From Opitutales bacterium (GTDB lineage: Bacteria; Verrucomicrobiota; Verrucomicrobiia; Opitutales; Coraliomargaritaceae), in NCBI GenBank assembly GCA_049598495.1, contig JBMYNR010000027.1:1-21029 (forward strand): 21,029 nucleotides of DNA. Reading direction: 5' to 3'. Positions 1 through 10,878 of this stretch are shown here, in pieces. Under the pieces are notes generated by a model. The model saw nothing but the letters and a program-made list of their open reading frames with translations, was not told the origin of the DNA and did not search any database. Made by a program: the position numbers and the translations under genes. Position 1 is the first letter of the stretch. Each line of letters starts with the position of its first letter.

Positions 1-116
1 TCCCGTAACAAGATAAAGAACGACAGCAACAAACTGGTGCAATATTCGGGCTAGCTCTGCGAGCGAAGACGGTTGGTCGATGCCGAGTTAGAACCGGCGT
101 TTATTCGTTGTCTCGG

Positions 117-536
117 TTATTTTAGGAGTCGGCCCCGTGCTGTTTCGTTGGCTAGGGCACAACTCTCGTTGCCGAAGAAGCGCAGTCGGTTTCGGGCAAT
201 CCAATCATAGGCCGAATCCCGCCAGCTTTTCGGGAGATAACGGGCGGATGCAGCAAGCCATCGCCAATGGCTACGGATGTCGATTAGCGCTTGGATAACC
301 GCCTCCGACTTAAGAAGTGATTCGTTTTTTTCGCTCTGGGTTCTTCGAAGATAGACGATGGTTGAAGGGTTTTCTCTAAGCGACTCGTCGAGCATACTTG
401 CTGCGGTCTCTCCCTGGATGGGAGCGTAGTGCAGCCAGTTGTATCGGTCACGTTTCATGAGGAAGCGTATTGAGCGGCTACAGAGACCACAGTCTCCGTC
501 ATAGAAGAGGATGGCTTTGTATTCAGAGATCATCAC
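117..536 (-). CDS. DCC1-like thiol-disulfide oxidoreductase family protein (DUF393/YuxK)
   Basis: 139-aa ORF with N-terminal FYDGDCGLC (DxxCxLC) and C-terminal RD.AYDWIARNR.RFFG...C, typical of DUF393; start GTG 536 or ATG 533. Confidence 0.9.
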   Translation of the reverse strand: MMISEYKAILFYDGDCGLCSRSIRFLMKRDRYNWLHYAPIQGETAASMLDESLRENPSTIVYLRRTQSEKNESLLKSEAVIQALIDIRSHWRWLAASARYLPKSWRDSAYDWIARNRLRFFGNESCALANETARGRLLK

Positions 537-621
537 TTCAAAGTATCACAGCTATGCTTTTTAAAGTGGAACCGGTGGGGACTGTGGTGAAAATCTTGTC
601 TGTATAATCCATCAGACTCCC

Positions 622-1980
622 TTAAATATCATAGGGAACCAGAGGCGTGGGGTTCAATACATTGGCACGATCGAGGCGTTCGCGGAGCTTTATCTCAAAC
701 CATTCCCGAGCAGCGGTATCTCCGTGGGTAAGCACGATAGCCCGAGCGTCTGAACTTGCCGCATAGTCGATGAGTTCATCGCGGTCGGCATGTCCACTTA
801 GATCGAAGCGATCAATCGAGGCCTTTATGGGAGCGTTGTAGTCCAGCGCATCGAAGAAAAAACTGTCTTCATCCTTTCCAGCCAGGAGCTGGCCACCGGG
901 AGTATCCGGATCGCAATAGCCGACGAAGCAGATGCCGTTAGCGGCATGAGGTAGGAGTGAAGCAGCGAGTTTGTAAGAGGGCGTGTGCTCCACCATCATC
1001 CCGCTGCTGACAAGGTAAATGCCCTTCTTGGGCAGGTCGCGCCCGGGGACCATGTTCATGTCGATATTTCGCACGTCCATGGATTTGAGCATTCGGATAT
1101 CGAAGTCTATGAGCTGTGTTTGCTTACGTATCTTATCGAAATACTCACAGATTGCCATACCGAGACCGGCTGCAAAAACCGGGCAGCGGGGTAGGCGGCC
1201 AAAATTTCGTGCTTCGTAGAGGATCTTGAAGAGTTCCTGCATCCGGCCGAGTGCGAAGACGGGAATCAGGCAGCTGCCGTCGCGTTCGAGGATAAGTCCG
1301 ATCCGGTCGATTAGGCGGTCGATCTCGCAGTCGCGAGAAGTGCCGAGATCGCGACCCTTTGCTCCGCGTGTCGTTTCGAGGATGAGTGTGTCGATGGGAC
1401 CTTTGGGAAGATGAGCCCCGGGGAGTGTGCGCTGGGAATCAAAAAGCACGTCGCCCGAGAACACGATACGTCGGTGTTTGTAGACGAGTTCGATGGCAGC
1501 AGCCCCTGCTACGTGGCCAGCCGGGTGCAGGATGACCTCAATCTGCTCATTGCCCTTTCTATAGATCTCGCCTCGTTCGTAGCGCTGCGTGGTCAGTTGC
1601 CTCGTAAATTGGGCGACGTCGCGGTGTAGGAAGAGAGGATACTCGGCAATGCCGTGCTCTTCGCGTTGCCGTTTCATCACGTTGATGGAGTTGCGCAACA
1701 TGCGCGGCGCAAGGGTGATGTTAGGTGCCGCAGTGATGACTGGTGTCTTTGGGTTATGCGCGGTCACGATCGGCATCGAGCCGAGGTGATCGAGATGGCA
1801 GTGCGTCAGGATAATCAAATCCAGGTGCAGGTTCTCGATTGGCTCGAAATCAGGGAGGGCATCGTATCCGAGCTTCTTCGGATGCAGTCCTGAATCGATC
1901 AGAATGTTAAAGTCGCCGATCTGCACGAACATAGAATTCGCGCCGATCTCACCGTGGCGGTTGAGGTCGGTTAGTATCAT
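622..1980 (-). CDS. Metallo-beta-lactamase fold, beta-CASP family ribonuclease (CPSF73/Ysh1-like)
   Basis: Motifs THCHLDHLG (HxHxDH), AGHVAG, SGD, LETT, PVFALGRMQE, SSGM, VGYC, LSGHAD, LTHGD; start placed at ATG 1980 (MILTDL...GEIGANS) rather than at the 2028 ORF limit. Confidence 0.9.
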   Translation of the reverse strand: MILTDLNRHGEIGANSMFVQIGDFNILIDSGLHPKKLGYDALPDFEPIENLHLDLIILTHCHLDHLGSMPIVTAHNPKTPVITAAPNITLAPRMLRNSINVMKRQREEHGIAEYPLFLHRDVAQFTRQLTTQRYERGEIYRKGNEQIEVILHPAGHVAGAAAIELVYKHRRIVFSGDVLFDSQRTLPGAHLPKGPIDTLILETTRGAKGRDLGTSRDCEIDRLIDRIGLILERDGSCLIPVFALGRMQELFKILYEARNFGRLPRCPVFAAGLGMAICEYFDKIRKQTQLIDFDIRMLKSMDVRNIDMNMVPGRDLPKKGIYLVSSGMMVEHTPSYKLAASLLPHAANGICFVGYCDPDTPGGQLLAGKDEDSFFFDALDYNAPIKASIDRFDLSGHADRDELIDYAASSDARAIVLTHGDTAAREWFEIKLRERLDRANVLNPTPLVPYDI

Positions 1981-2008
1981 GGTTTCTGGAGATCGGGGAT
2001 GCTCATAT

Positions 2009-2221
2009 CTAATTCGGACATGGGACAATGAATGGAGCGTCCGTCGGCGTCAATTCAACGGGAGGAATCGCGGGCGATACTGTTACTATACGTGATGTGG
2101 AACCCGTGATCAGGGAATATATTATGGATTGTGGATAGTCTGGTAAGGATCCGTCTGCGAGAAAAGCATCGATGATTGGGAAATATAGCTTGTCTGCTCC
2201 CGTGTAAGCGAATTGAAACAT
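2009..2221 (-). CDS. Possible 70-aa hypothetical protein
   Basis: ATG at 2221 with GGAGGAGG about 14 nt upstream; fills most of the gap between two divergent genes; no recognisable family. Confidence 0.3.
   Translation of the reverse strand: MFQFAYTGADKLYFPIIDAFLADGSLPDYPQSIIYSLITGSTSRIVTVSPAIPPVELTPTDAPFIVPCPN
2025..2053 (-). promoter_or_regulatory. Candidate sigma70-type promoter for the beta-CASP nuclease gene
   Basis: Minus strand TTGACG (2053-2048), 17-nt spacer, CATTGT (2030-2025); good -35 and weak -10. Confidence 0.3.
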
Positions 2222-2276
2222 ACTGTCGGTTGATCCCTCCTCCAAAAATTACCTGAAGCGACTGTCTTTTTCCTCT

Positions 2277-4191
<1,915 letters not shown>

Positions 4192-4280
4192 GAAGGCCGC
4201 TTCCTGGAGTGTTCTGCGATTAGTTGGACGTAGCCTATGGATGTAGCCGCCTTACTCTGTTGAGGCGTTCCTGCATGCTG

Positions 4281-4310
4281 GCACGGCAACGGAGTGCCGT
4301 GCACTTGTTT
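4281..4310 (+). terminator. Probable intrinsic terminator hairpin between convergent purF and antiporter genes
   Basis: GCACGGCA (4281-4288) pairs perfectly with TGCCGTGC (4295-4302), followed by ACTTGTTT; a second hairpin AGGAAG/CTTCCT (4190-4205) overlaps the purF stop. Confidence 0.5.
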
Positions 4311-4324
4311 GAGACACAGTTGCT

Positions 4325-6562
4325 CTAGTGGCTGATTGCGGTGACGACATCTTCTGCAGACTCTGCGCGCTTGATCTGCTCCCGCAGTGAATTATTTCGG
4401 CAGGTTCTAGCAATTTCAGCAAGCGTTGCAAGGTGCCCTTCGGTGTCCCCTTCGGGGCTGATAATGAAGAAGAGCGTATCGATCGCTTCCTCTTGTCCGG
4501 CAATCGCGAGCCCCTCCTCGAGGTGGGCAAAAAAGCAAATTCGATAGTCTAGACCTTTGCAGTAGATATTTGGTATGGCGATCCCGTGGCCAAGGAACGC
4601 GGGGAAAACACGGCCCTGCTCTCTGAGGTCTTCAAGAATTTCGGCGGGTTTGAGCGTATCGACATGCTCGCTGGCGATTTGAGCCAGTTGTTGATATAGG
4701 CTCTCTGGCGTGCTGCATTCAAAGCGAGTGAATCCACCGCTCTGTAGTGCGCGCATGAGAAAACCCTCGGAGCGGCGCAGGCATATAACTTCATCTTCAG
4801 CTTTCACCATTTCTTTCCAGCTCGCATCCTGGGGGATGGCGCGGAGTTGTTTTCCCCGGCGAATGAAAAGCGGGTGCCAGTCGCCGGAGGCGAGGCTCTT
4901 GGCTGTCTCCCAAGTGACAACTTCAAAGCTACTCTCTCCCTGTAGGAGCTCACTGCCGATTACAGCTGGTCGCGAGAGATTCCGGAAGACAGACTGCCCG
5001 GTGAGTTGATCTTCACTGGTAGGGGCGTCGAGCGGAATCCATCCGAAGACTTTTTCGTTGTCGAGCACATCGCCCCAACGCTGCATGAGCAACTGGTTTA
5101 ACTCAATGTTGTCCGTGAGCGCTAAAATGTAACCTGCACCAAAGAGGGCTTGCTCTTCCTCGTAGAGCTTCTCTGCTTCCATGCCGTCGCAATTTAGAGC
5201 AGGTAGGCCTTCCTTTCGGGCAAGCGCGATGTTTCTGGCATTGGTATCGAGAAGTAATATGCACTGTTCGTCTTGGCCCATCAACTTACGGGCGAGTTCG
5301 CGCCCGAAATGGTGGGCGCCGATGATCACCCAGTCGTTGGGTGCAGGTCTTTGGAGGCCGAGTATCTTGGCAACGATCCCGGCTGAGAGACCCTGGATTA
5401 AAACCGTTGCGCAGATCACAGAGTAGACGAGGGACTCGAGTAGGGCTGGGTCGCCTACAGATTCCTCTTTTGCACTCAAGCTCAAGGCAAAGAGGGAGGC
5501 CATCGAGGCCGCGACTACTCCTCGCGGGGCAACCCAGCTAAGGAGTGCTTTCTCACGCAGATTGAGTGAGGTGCCCCAAGACGACGCGGCGATGCTGAGG
5601 GGACGAATCAGGAGGATGACTGAAAATAGGACCCAGCCACCGCCTCGCTCGAAGAAATCGATAAACTGTTGCAGTTCGAGTCGGGCCACCAGCAGCAGGA
5701 AGAGCATACCAATGAGCAGGTCCACGATTTCAGCCTTGAAGGCTTTGATCTCCCGCAATTGTCGAGGTTTTTTGACCCCGACAATCAAGCCGGCAATCGT
5801 AACCGAAAGGAGGCCGGCCTCGGGCTTGATAAGCTCTGTTGCGCCGAAGATAAGCATCGCGCTCGCGAGGGCAAAGGCGTTAACGATGTTATCCGGCACC
5901 CAGCCCTTTTTCATCGTATAGTAGATGGCATATCCGCCGGCAAAGCCAATCGCAGCCCCACTGATGACGCGAATCAGAAAGCTGGGGATCGCGACGGCTC
6001 CGCCGCCTTCAACGACCCATTCAAAGCAAAGAATCGCAATGAAGACACCGATTGAATCGATTAGTACGCCTTCCCAATGGAGGATGCTCCCCAGTTTCTG
6101 CTGCACTCGAATCCGCCGAAGGAGCGGCACGATTACAGTCGGTCCGGTGACAATGATCAGGCTACCCAGCAAGAGCGCGAACGAAGGGGAAGTGTCAAAA
6201 ACGAGATAGGTGGTCAGCGCTGCGCCTAGCCAGGTGATCAGGACCCCGACGGTGAGGAGACGTTTGATCACGGTGGAGGTTTCCTTAAATTCCTTTAGAT
6301 CGAGTGTTAGGCCACCTTCAAATAGGATGAGCCCCACTGCGAGGGAAACAATCATCGGCAGATAATCGCCCAGTGCATCCGGGTGGAGCCAATCGAGACC
6401 CTCTGGTCCCAGTGAGAAGCCTCCGAGCAGCAGAAGCACGATTGTGGGCAGGTGTAGACGACGGGAAAGAACCGTGAGTAAACATCCGGCACCGACAGCA
6501 AAACAAAGTGCCCAAAGAGCACTTGAGGTGTTGCTGACCGCGAGCACTGGAACAGGCATCAC
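4325..6562 (-). CDS. Cation:proton antiporter (CPA1/NhaP-like) with RCK_N (TrkA-N)-like and C-terminal PTS EIIA-like domains
   Basis: About 12 hydrophobic segments with ILFEGGL, TGPTVI.PLL, WEGVLID, APRGVVAAS; then IIGAHHFGR..A / LLDTN (Rossmann RCK); then GHGIAIPN...FFIISP...HLATLAEIAR (EIIA-Ntr/Fru fold). Confidence 0.88.
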   Translation of the reverse strand: MMPVPVLAVSNTSSALWALCFAVGAGCLLTVLSRRLHLPTIVLLLLGGFSLGPEGLDWLHPDALGDYLPMIVSLAVGLILFEGGLTLDLKEFKETSTVIKRLLTVGVLITWLGAALTTYLVFDTSPSFALLLGSLIIVTGPTVIVPLLRRIRVQQKLGSILHWEGVLIDSIGVFIAILCFEWVVEGGGAVAIPSFLIRVISGAAIGFAGGYAIYYTMKKGWVPDNIVNAFALASAMLIFGATELIKPEAGLLSVTIAGLIVGVKKPRQLREIKAFKAEIVDLLIGMLFLLLVARLELQQFIDFFERGGGWVLFSVILLIRPLSIAASSWGTSLNLREKALLSWVAPRGVVAASMASLFALSLSAKEESVGDPALLESLVYSVICATVLIQGLSAGIVAKILGLQRPAPNDWVIIGAHHFGRELARKLMGQDEQCILLLDTNARNIALARKEGLPALNCDGMEAEKLYEEEQALFGAGYILALTDNIELNQLLMQRWGDVLDNEKVFGWIPLDAPTSEDQLTGQSVFRNLSRPAVIGSELLQGESSFEVVTWETAKSLASGDWHPLFIRRGKQLRAIPQDASWKEMVKAEDEVICLRRSEGFLMRALQSGGFTRFECSTPESLYQQLAQIASEHVDTLKPAEILEDLREQGRVFPAFLGHGIAIPNIYCKGLDYRICFFAHLEEGLAIAGQEEAIDTLFFIISPEGDTEGHLATLAEIARTCRNNSLREQIKRAESAEDVVTAISH

Positions 6563-6563
6563 T

Positions 6564-7352
6564 TTAGACGTCCAGTTGATGATCCATACCGAGTGCGGGC
6601 GAGACCTCGGAAGTCTTGCCGATCACCTCGGCGGGGACGCCGGCCACACTGGTGTGCGGTGGCACATCCTTCAAAACGACACTGCCGGCTCCGACCTTGG
6701 CGCCTTCGCCGATTTCGACATTACCTAGAATTTTGGCTCCCGCTCCAAGGAGCACGCCGGAGCGTACTTTCGGGTGGCGGTCGCCACGGTCCTTACCGGT
6801 GCCTCCGAGTGTGACTTCGTGGAGTATAGAAACATTACTCTCGATCACAGCCGTCTCTCCTGCGACGAAACTAGTCGCATGATCCAGCAGAACCCCACAG
6901 CCGATTTCAGCAGCAGGATGGATATCAACGGCGAAGGTCTCGGAGGTGAGGCTTTGTAGATAAAGCGCGAATTCCTTACGCCCCTCGTGCCAGAGATGGT
7001 GCGAGACGCGGTAGCATACGAGGGCTTGTAGACCCTTGAAATAGAGTAGTGGCGTGAGCACATCGGGGCAGGCGGGGTCGCGCTCGTTGACGGCGATCAT
7101 ATCGCAAGCGACTTTCTTAAGAATGGATTCGTCGTGGAGAAAGGAGGTAAGGAAGATCTCATGTAAGACGTCTACAGAGGCTGCATGATTCACTAACTTA
7201 CGAGTCAGGCGGTAAGCGAGGCACTCTGCGAAGGAGTTTCTCTCCAGCACGGTTTCATTCAGTAAGGTAGAGAGCGCAGGATCGCGCCCTACAATTTCCT
7301 TGGCGCGACGTTGGATATCGCTCCAGTGAGCGTCTAGGTCGATTGCTTGCAT
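6564..7352 (-). CDS. cysE: Serine O-acetyltransferase
   Basis: ERDPAC, FKGLQAL, VDIHPAA, LDHAT, VTLGGTG, RHPK and hexapeptide repeats (GAGAKILG, IGEGAKVGAGSVVL). Confidence 0.96.
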   Translation of the reverse strand: MQAIDLDAHWSDIQRRAKEIVGRDPALSTLLNETVLERNSFAECLAYRLTRKLVNHAASVDVLHEIFLTSFLHDESILKKVACDMIAVNERDPACPDVLTPLLYFKGLQALVCYRVSHHLWHEGRKEFALYLQSLTSETFAVDIHPAAEIGCGVLLDHATSFVAGETAVIESNVSILHEVTLGGTGKDRGDRHPKVRSGVLLGAGAKILGNVEIGEGAKVGAGSVVLKDVPPHTSVAGVPAEVIGKTSEVSPALGMDHQLDV

Positions 7353-7508
7353 GGTTGTAATATGTCGGGTGGTCGCCTCGGTGCGACCAAAAAGGGGAGT
7401 GGTCGTCTTAGGGTCACGTAGGTGAATAGAGTTGATTACTCGAAACCCAGTGCCAAGGCTAGAGCTTTTATTTCAGTCAAATAGATTCATTTAAGACACT
7501 TTTAAATT

Positions 7509-8414
7509 ATGGCAACAGGACTTCTCTTTTCTGGTCAGGGAGCTCAAACAGTGGGCATGGGGCATTCGCTCTACGAAAACTCGGAGACCGCTAGGTTGCT
7601 TTATGAGGAAGCCAACGATGTGCTCGGTTGGGATCTGAAAACAATATGTTTCGAGGGCCCCGATGAGACGCTGACTGAAACCAGGGTCTGCCAGCCTGCC
7701 CTCTATGTGCAGGGTTACGCGATCTTTCGCATTCTGCAGGAGCGTGGTAAGCTTGACAATTTGAAAGCCGCATGTGGGCTCAGCCTGGGTGAGCTTACGG
7801 CGCTGGCGGCGGCCGGAGTGTATGATTTTGCCACGGGTCTTCGCCTTGTGGCAGAGCGGGGGCGACTCATGCAACAGGCTTGCGACGCTACCAAGGGTGG
7901 TATGGCCGCAGTCATCGGCGGCAACACGGAAGATGTTCAGGCTTTCTGCGATGAATTCGATATCGAGATCGCGAATTTGAATTGCCCTGGCCAAATCGTC
8001 ATATCCGGCGACAATAAAAAGGTGCTCGAGGCAGTCGCCGCATCCAAGGGTCGTTTTAAACTTTGCAAACCGCTCAATGTTGCGGGTGCCTATCACAGTC
8101 GCCTCATGAAATCGGCGCGCGATGCGTTTGCAGACTTTATTCAGGACTTTGAGTTCAAGAGCCCCGAGGTGGTTTGTTACACCAACGTGACCGGCAGCCA
8201 AGTGAGCGATCCGCAGGAGATCAAGAACTCGCTGGTCAAGCAGGTCGTTTCATCCGTTCGTTTTGAGGACAACCTCCGCAATATGGCTTCGGATAACGGC
8301 ATCGAACAATTCTATGAATGCGGCCCGGGTAAGGTGTTGGCTGGTTTCGCGAAGCGGATCGACAAGGGCCTGGTCGTCACGCCAATGTCTGAGTTCGAAG
8401 AGATCCCGGGATAG
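7509..8414 (+). CDS. fabD: Malonyl-CoA:ACP transacylase
   Basis: FSGQGAQ, QPALY, GLSLGE nucleophile elbow, RG.LMQ, ANLNCPGQIVISG, VAGAYHS, ECGPGKVL. Confidence 0.96.
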   Translation: MATGLLFSGQGAQTVGMGHSLYENSETARLLYEEANDVLGWDLKTICFEGPDETLTETRVCQPALYVQGYAIFRILQERGKLDNLKAACGLSLGELTALAAAGVYDFATGLRLVAERGRLMQQACDATKGGMAAVIGGNTEDVQAFCDEFDIEIANLNCPGQIVISGDNKKVLEAVAASKGRFKLCKPLNVAGAYHSRLMKSARDAFADFIQDFEFKSPEVVCYTNVTGSQVSDPQEIKNSLVKQVVSSVRFEDNLRNMASDNGIEQFYECGPGKVLAGFAKRIDKGLVVTPMSEFEEIPG

Positions 8415-8419
8415 CCGAT

Positions 8420-9814
8420 ATGCGTATCTACTTCATGGGCATCTGTGGCACGGCCATGGGCAATGCCGCGTTACTTCTAAAAGAGCAAGGCCATGAAGTT
8501 ATCGGTAGCGACTTAGGGATCTACCCGCCGATGTCCGAAGTGCTGGCGAGGGCCGGTGTCGAAGTTTTGGAGGGGTTTGACGCCGATCGGCTTGCGTCTC
8601 TCAACCCTGATCAGGTCGTGGTGGGCAACGCAATAAGCCGGGGTAATGTCGAAGTCGAATGGCTCCTCAACCAAAGCGAGATCGCCTTTGTCTCGCTGCC
8701 ACAGCTTTTCCATGAAACGGTGCTGCCGGGCCGATGCCCGGTCGTGATTACGGGGACGCACGGAAAGACAACGACTTCCAGTCTGACTGCATTCCTGTTG
8801 AATCGAAATGGCCAACAACCCGGCTGGTTGATCGGTGGTGTGCCTCACGATTTACCCAGTGGGGCCTTGTTGGGCGCGGGGACAGCCTTTGTGATGGAGG
8901 GGGACGAGTATGACTCCGCATTCTTCGATAAACGGAGTAAGTTCATCCACTACCGCCCGCAAGTGGCCGTGATCAACAATCTCGAATTTGATCATGCTGA
9001 CATCTTCCGCGATCTTGAGGATGTCCAGCGGGCCTTCCAGCATTTCCTTCGAATCATCCCCGGTTCGGGCTTTGCTTTGGTCAATGGTGATGATGCCAAT
9101 GTAGCCGCACTTCTGCCTGCCGATTGGACACAGTTGATTCGAGTGGGCACCGCCAAGGGGAATGATCTTCAAATTAAAAATTTCTTGGATGGGCCCCGGG
9201 GTGCCGAGTTTGATCTCATTTGGAAGGGAGTGCTGTGGGCGCATGTCACTTGGTCGCTCCATGGTCTCTTTAACGCCCGGAATGCGGCGATGGCATCACT
9301 TGCTGCGGCACTTGCCAGCGGGGCAGGGGATCCGACCTCTTTTGATCTGTCACCGCTCGCGGAGTTTACCGGTGTTCGTCGCCGGCAAGATGTCCTCTAT
9401 GGAAAGAATGGCTGGACGGTAATCGAGGACTTTGCTCACCATCCAACGGCGGTGGCGGGGGCGATCGAGGCGCTGCGTGCGGCCTATCCGGATCGTGCTA
9501 TGACTGTTTGCTTTGAGCCACGCAGCAACACCGCTGCAAGCGCCCGATTTCAGGATGAGTTCACCGCAGCTCTGGCCGGTGCAGATCGTGTCTACTTGGG
9601 AGCGGTTCACCGTGCTGAAAGGATGCGACCCGATGAACGACTGGACACAGTTGCGATGGCGGGCAAACTGGCTGAGGCGAAGGCGTTTGACTCAAATGAA
9701 TCGCTTCTCTTCGAATTGCAGCAGAAAACTGCCAGTGAAGATGGCGGCCTAATCGTCTTCTTTACGAATGGTTCTTTTGACGGCCTACCGAAAAGGCTAT
9801 TTTCCGATAGTTAA
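8420..9814 (+). CDS. mpl: UDP-N-acetylmuramate:L-Ala-gamma-D-Glu-meso-DAP ligase (murein peptide ligase)
   Basis: MGICGTAMG, GTHGKTTTS P-loop, EGDEYDSAFFDKRSKF, NLEFDHADIF, DFAHHPTA, FEPRSNT: Mpl-specific rather than MurC motifs. Confidence 0.9.
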   Translation: MRIYFMGICGTAMGNAALLLKEQGHEVIGSDLGIYPPMSEVLARAGVEVLEGFDADRLASLNPDQVVVGNAISRGNVEVEWLLNQSEIAFVSLPQLFHETVLPGRCPVVITGTHGKTTTSSLTAFLLNRNGQQPGWLIGGVPHDLPSGALLGAGTAFVMEGDEYDSAFFDKRSKFIHYRPQVAVINNLEFDHADIFRDLEDVQRAFQHFLRIIPGSGFALVNGDDANVAALLPADWTQLIRVGTAKGNDLQIKNFLDGPRGAEFDLIWKGVLWAHVTWSLHGLFNARNAAMASLAAALASGAGDPTSFDLSPLAEFTGVRRRQDVLYGKNGWTVIEDFAHHPTAVAGAIEALRAAYPDRAMTVCFEPRSNTAASARFQDEFTAALAGADRVYLGAVHRAERMRPDERLDTVAMAGKLAEAKAFDSNESLLFELQQKTASEDGGLIVFFTNGSFDGLPKRLFSDS

Positions 9815-10828
9815 CTGATTTTTCACTCGGTTGCGGCTGTCCCGTATCTCGATCGTCACGACCGGGGCCTCGCGGGACCAATCGATCCTGAGGACTCCGA
9901 AGCCCAAGCCGTTGAAAACATCTTCGTGACGCAGCGAATTCACCTCACCGGGAAACGAGTCCCAAGAGTGGGTCATGCCACTGGAGGTTACATCGACCAA
10001 CGGGTAGTCGAGCGCATCTATTTCCAGAATAGAAATTTCGTGAATATGACGATCTCCACTGAGCAAGACAGTCATTGGCATGTCCTCTTCTGAGAGTCGC
10101 TCAAGTAACCATTCACGGGTCTCCGGATAGTCAGCCCACTTTTCCCAGCGGTGTTCGGCCGATAGAATCTGGGTGCCGCTGACGATAATATGAAGGTCAG
10201 CTTCACTTGAGCGAAGGGTTGCCTTTAGCCACGCCCTCTGAGTTTCACCAAGGAGTTCCGGTGTTTCGGCCCGTTTGCCAGTCGCGAAATAGCGATTATC
10301 CAGTAGAATTACTTTAGTCCGCTTGCCCTCGGGACCAAAATCGTAGGCTCCGTAGAGTCCCTTTCGGGTCCAGCGGGGGTCACTTAGCGGCACTTCCATA
10401 AAGCTTAAGGCGAGGTCGCGCGTAATTTCCTTATTGTCGTAACTGGCGCCGGCGTTGTTACGCCCGAAGTCGTGATCATCCCAAGTGCCGACGATAGCCG
10501 TTTTTTCCCGGAACTCTGTGTAGTCGGGGCGGTTGAACTGTGCGGCATAGCGCTTTGTGACCCAGGCTCGATCGATCGAGTATTTCTCTCTGTTTCCTTC
10601 GACGGGTTCATACCAATCGGCGTAAATGTTATCGCCCGCCCAAATCCAGAGGTCGGGTTCGTTCTCCGCAATAACGGGCCAGAGTGGCTGCGGAAGCTCG
10701 TCGCGGTTACAGGAACCAAAGGCGATTACCTTCAAGGCCTCGTCGAAGTTATCGGGAAACTTCGCACTGAGTTCAGGGATCGGCAGTAATATGAGAGCGA
10801 CCGTAAGAAAGTAGAGATGGGGGCGCAT
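9797..10828 (-). CDS. Alkaline phosphatase D (PhoD)-family metallophosphatase, secreted
   Basis: FGSCN, WAGDNIY, WDDHDFG, LDNRYF, LLGETQ..WL, LSGDRH, TSSG; start at ATG 10828 gives an N-terminal signal peptide and avoids overlap with trpS. Confidence 0.88.
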   Translation of the reverse strand: MRPHLYFLTVALILLPIPELSAKFPDNFDEALKVIAFGSCNRDELPQPLWPVIAENEPDLWIWAGDNIYADWYEPVEGNREKYSIDRAWVTKRYAAQFNRPDYTEFREKTAIVGTWDDHDFGRNNAGASYDNKEITRDLALSFMEVPLSDPRWTRKGLYGAYDFGPEGKRTKVILLDNRYFATGKRAETPELLGETQRAWLKATLRSSEADLHIIVSGTQILSAEHRWEKWADYPETREWLLERLSEEDMPMTVLLSGDRHIHEISILEIDALDYPLVDVTSSGMTHSWDSFPGEVNSLRHEDVFNGLGFGVLRIDWSREAPVVTIEIRDSRNRVKNQLTIGK

Positions 10829-10835
10829 TTCAGTT

Positions 10836-10863
10836 ATTCTGCCTTCGCCGGGTCCTCTGGCAA
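10836..10863 (-). promoter_or_regulatory. Candidate promoter of the PhoD-family gene (possibly leaderless)
   Basis: TTGCCA (10863-10858), 16 nt, CAGAAT (10841-10836), 7 nt, then ATG 10828. Confidence 0.4.
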
Positions 10864-10878
10864 GCGGAAGAACTAGAG

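Noticed and set aside
1..116. Possible partial CDS at the left edge (+ frame ending at TAG 54, or a hydrophobic - strand start)
   Set aside because: Too short to decide strand or frame
595..610. Perfect TATAAT at 603-608 on the + strand, antisense to the nuclease gene
   Set aside because: No -35 or extended -10 at the right spacing; a single hexamer is expected by chance
7770..8100. FabD variants GLSLGE and GAYHS instead of GHSLGE and AFHS
   Set aside because: Catalytic Ser and His are intact and such variants occur in ordinary FabD proteins; no PKS context
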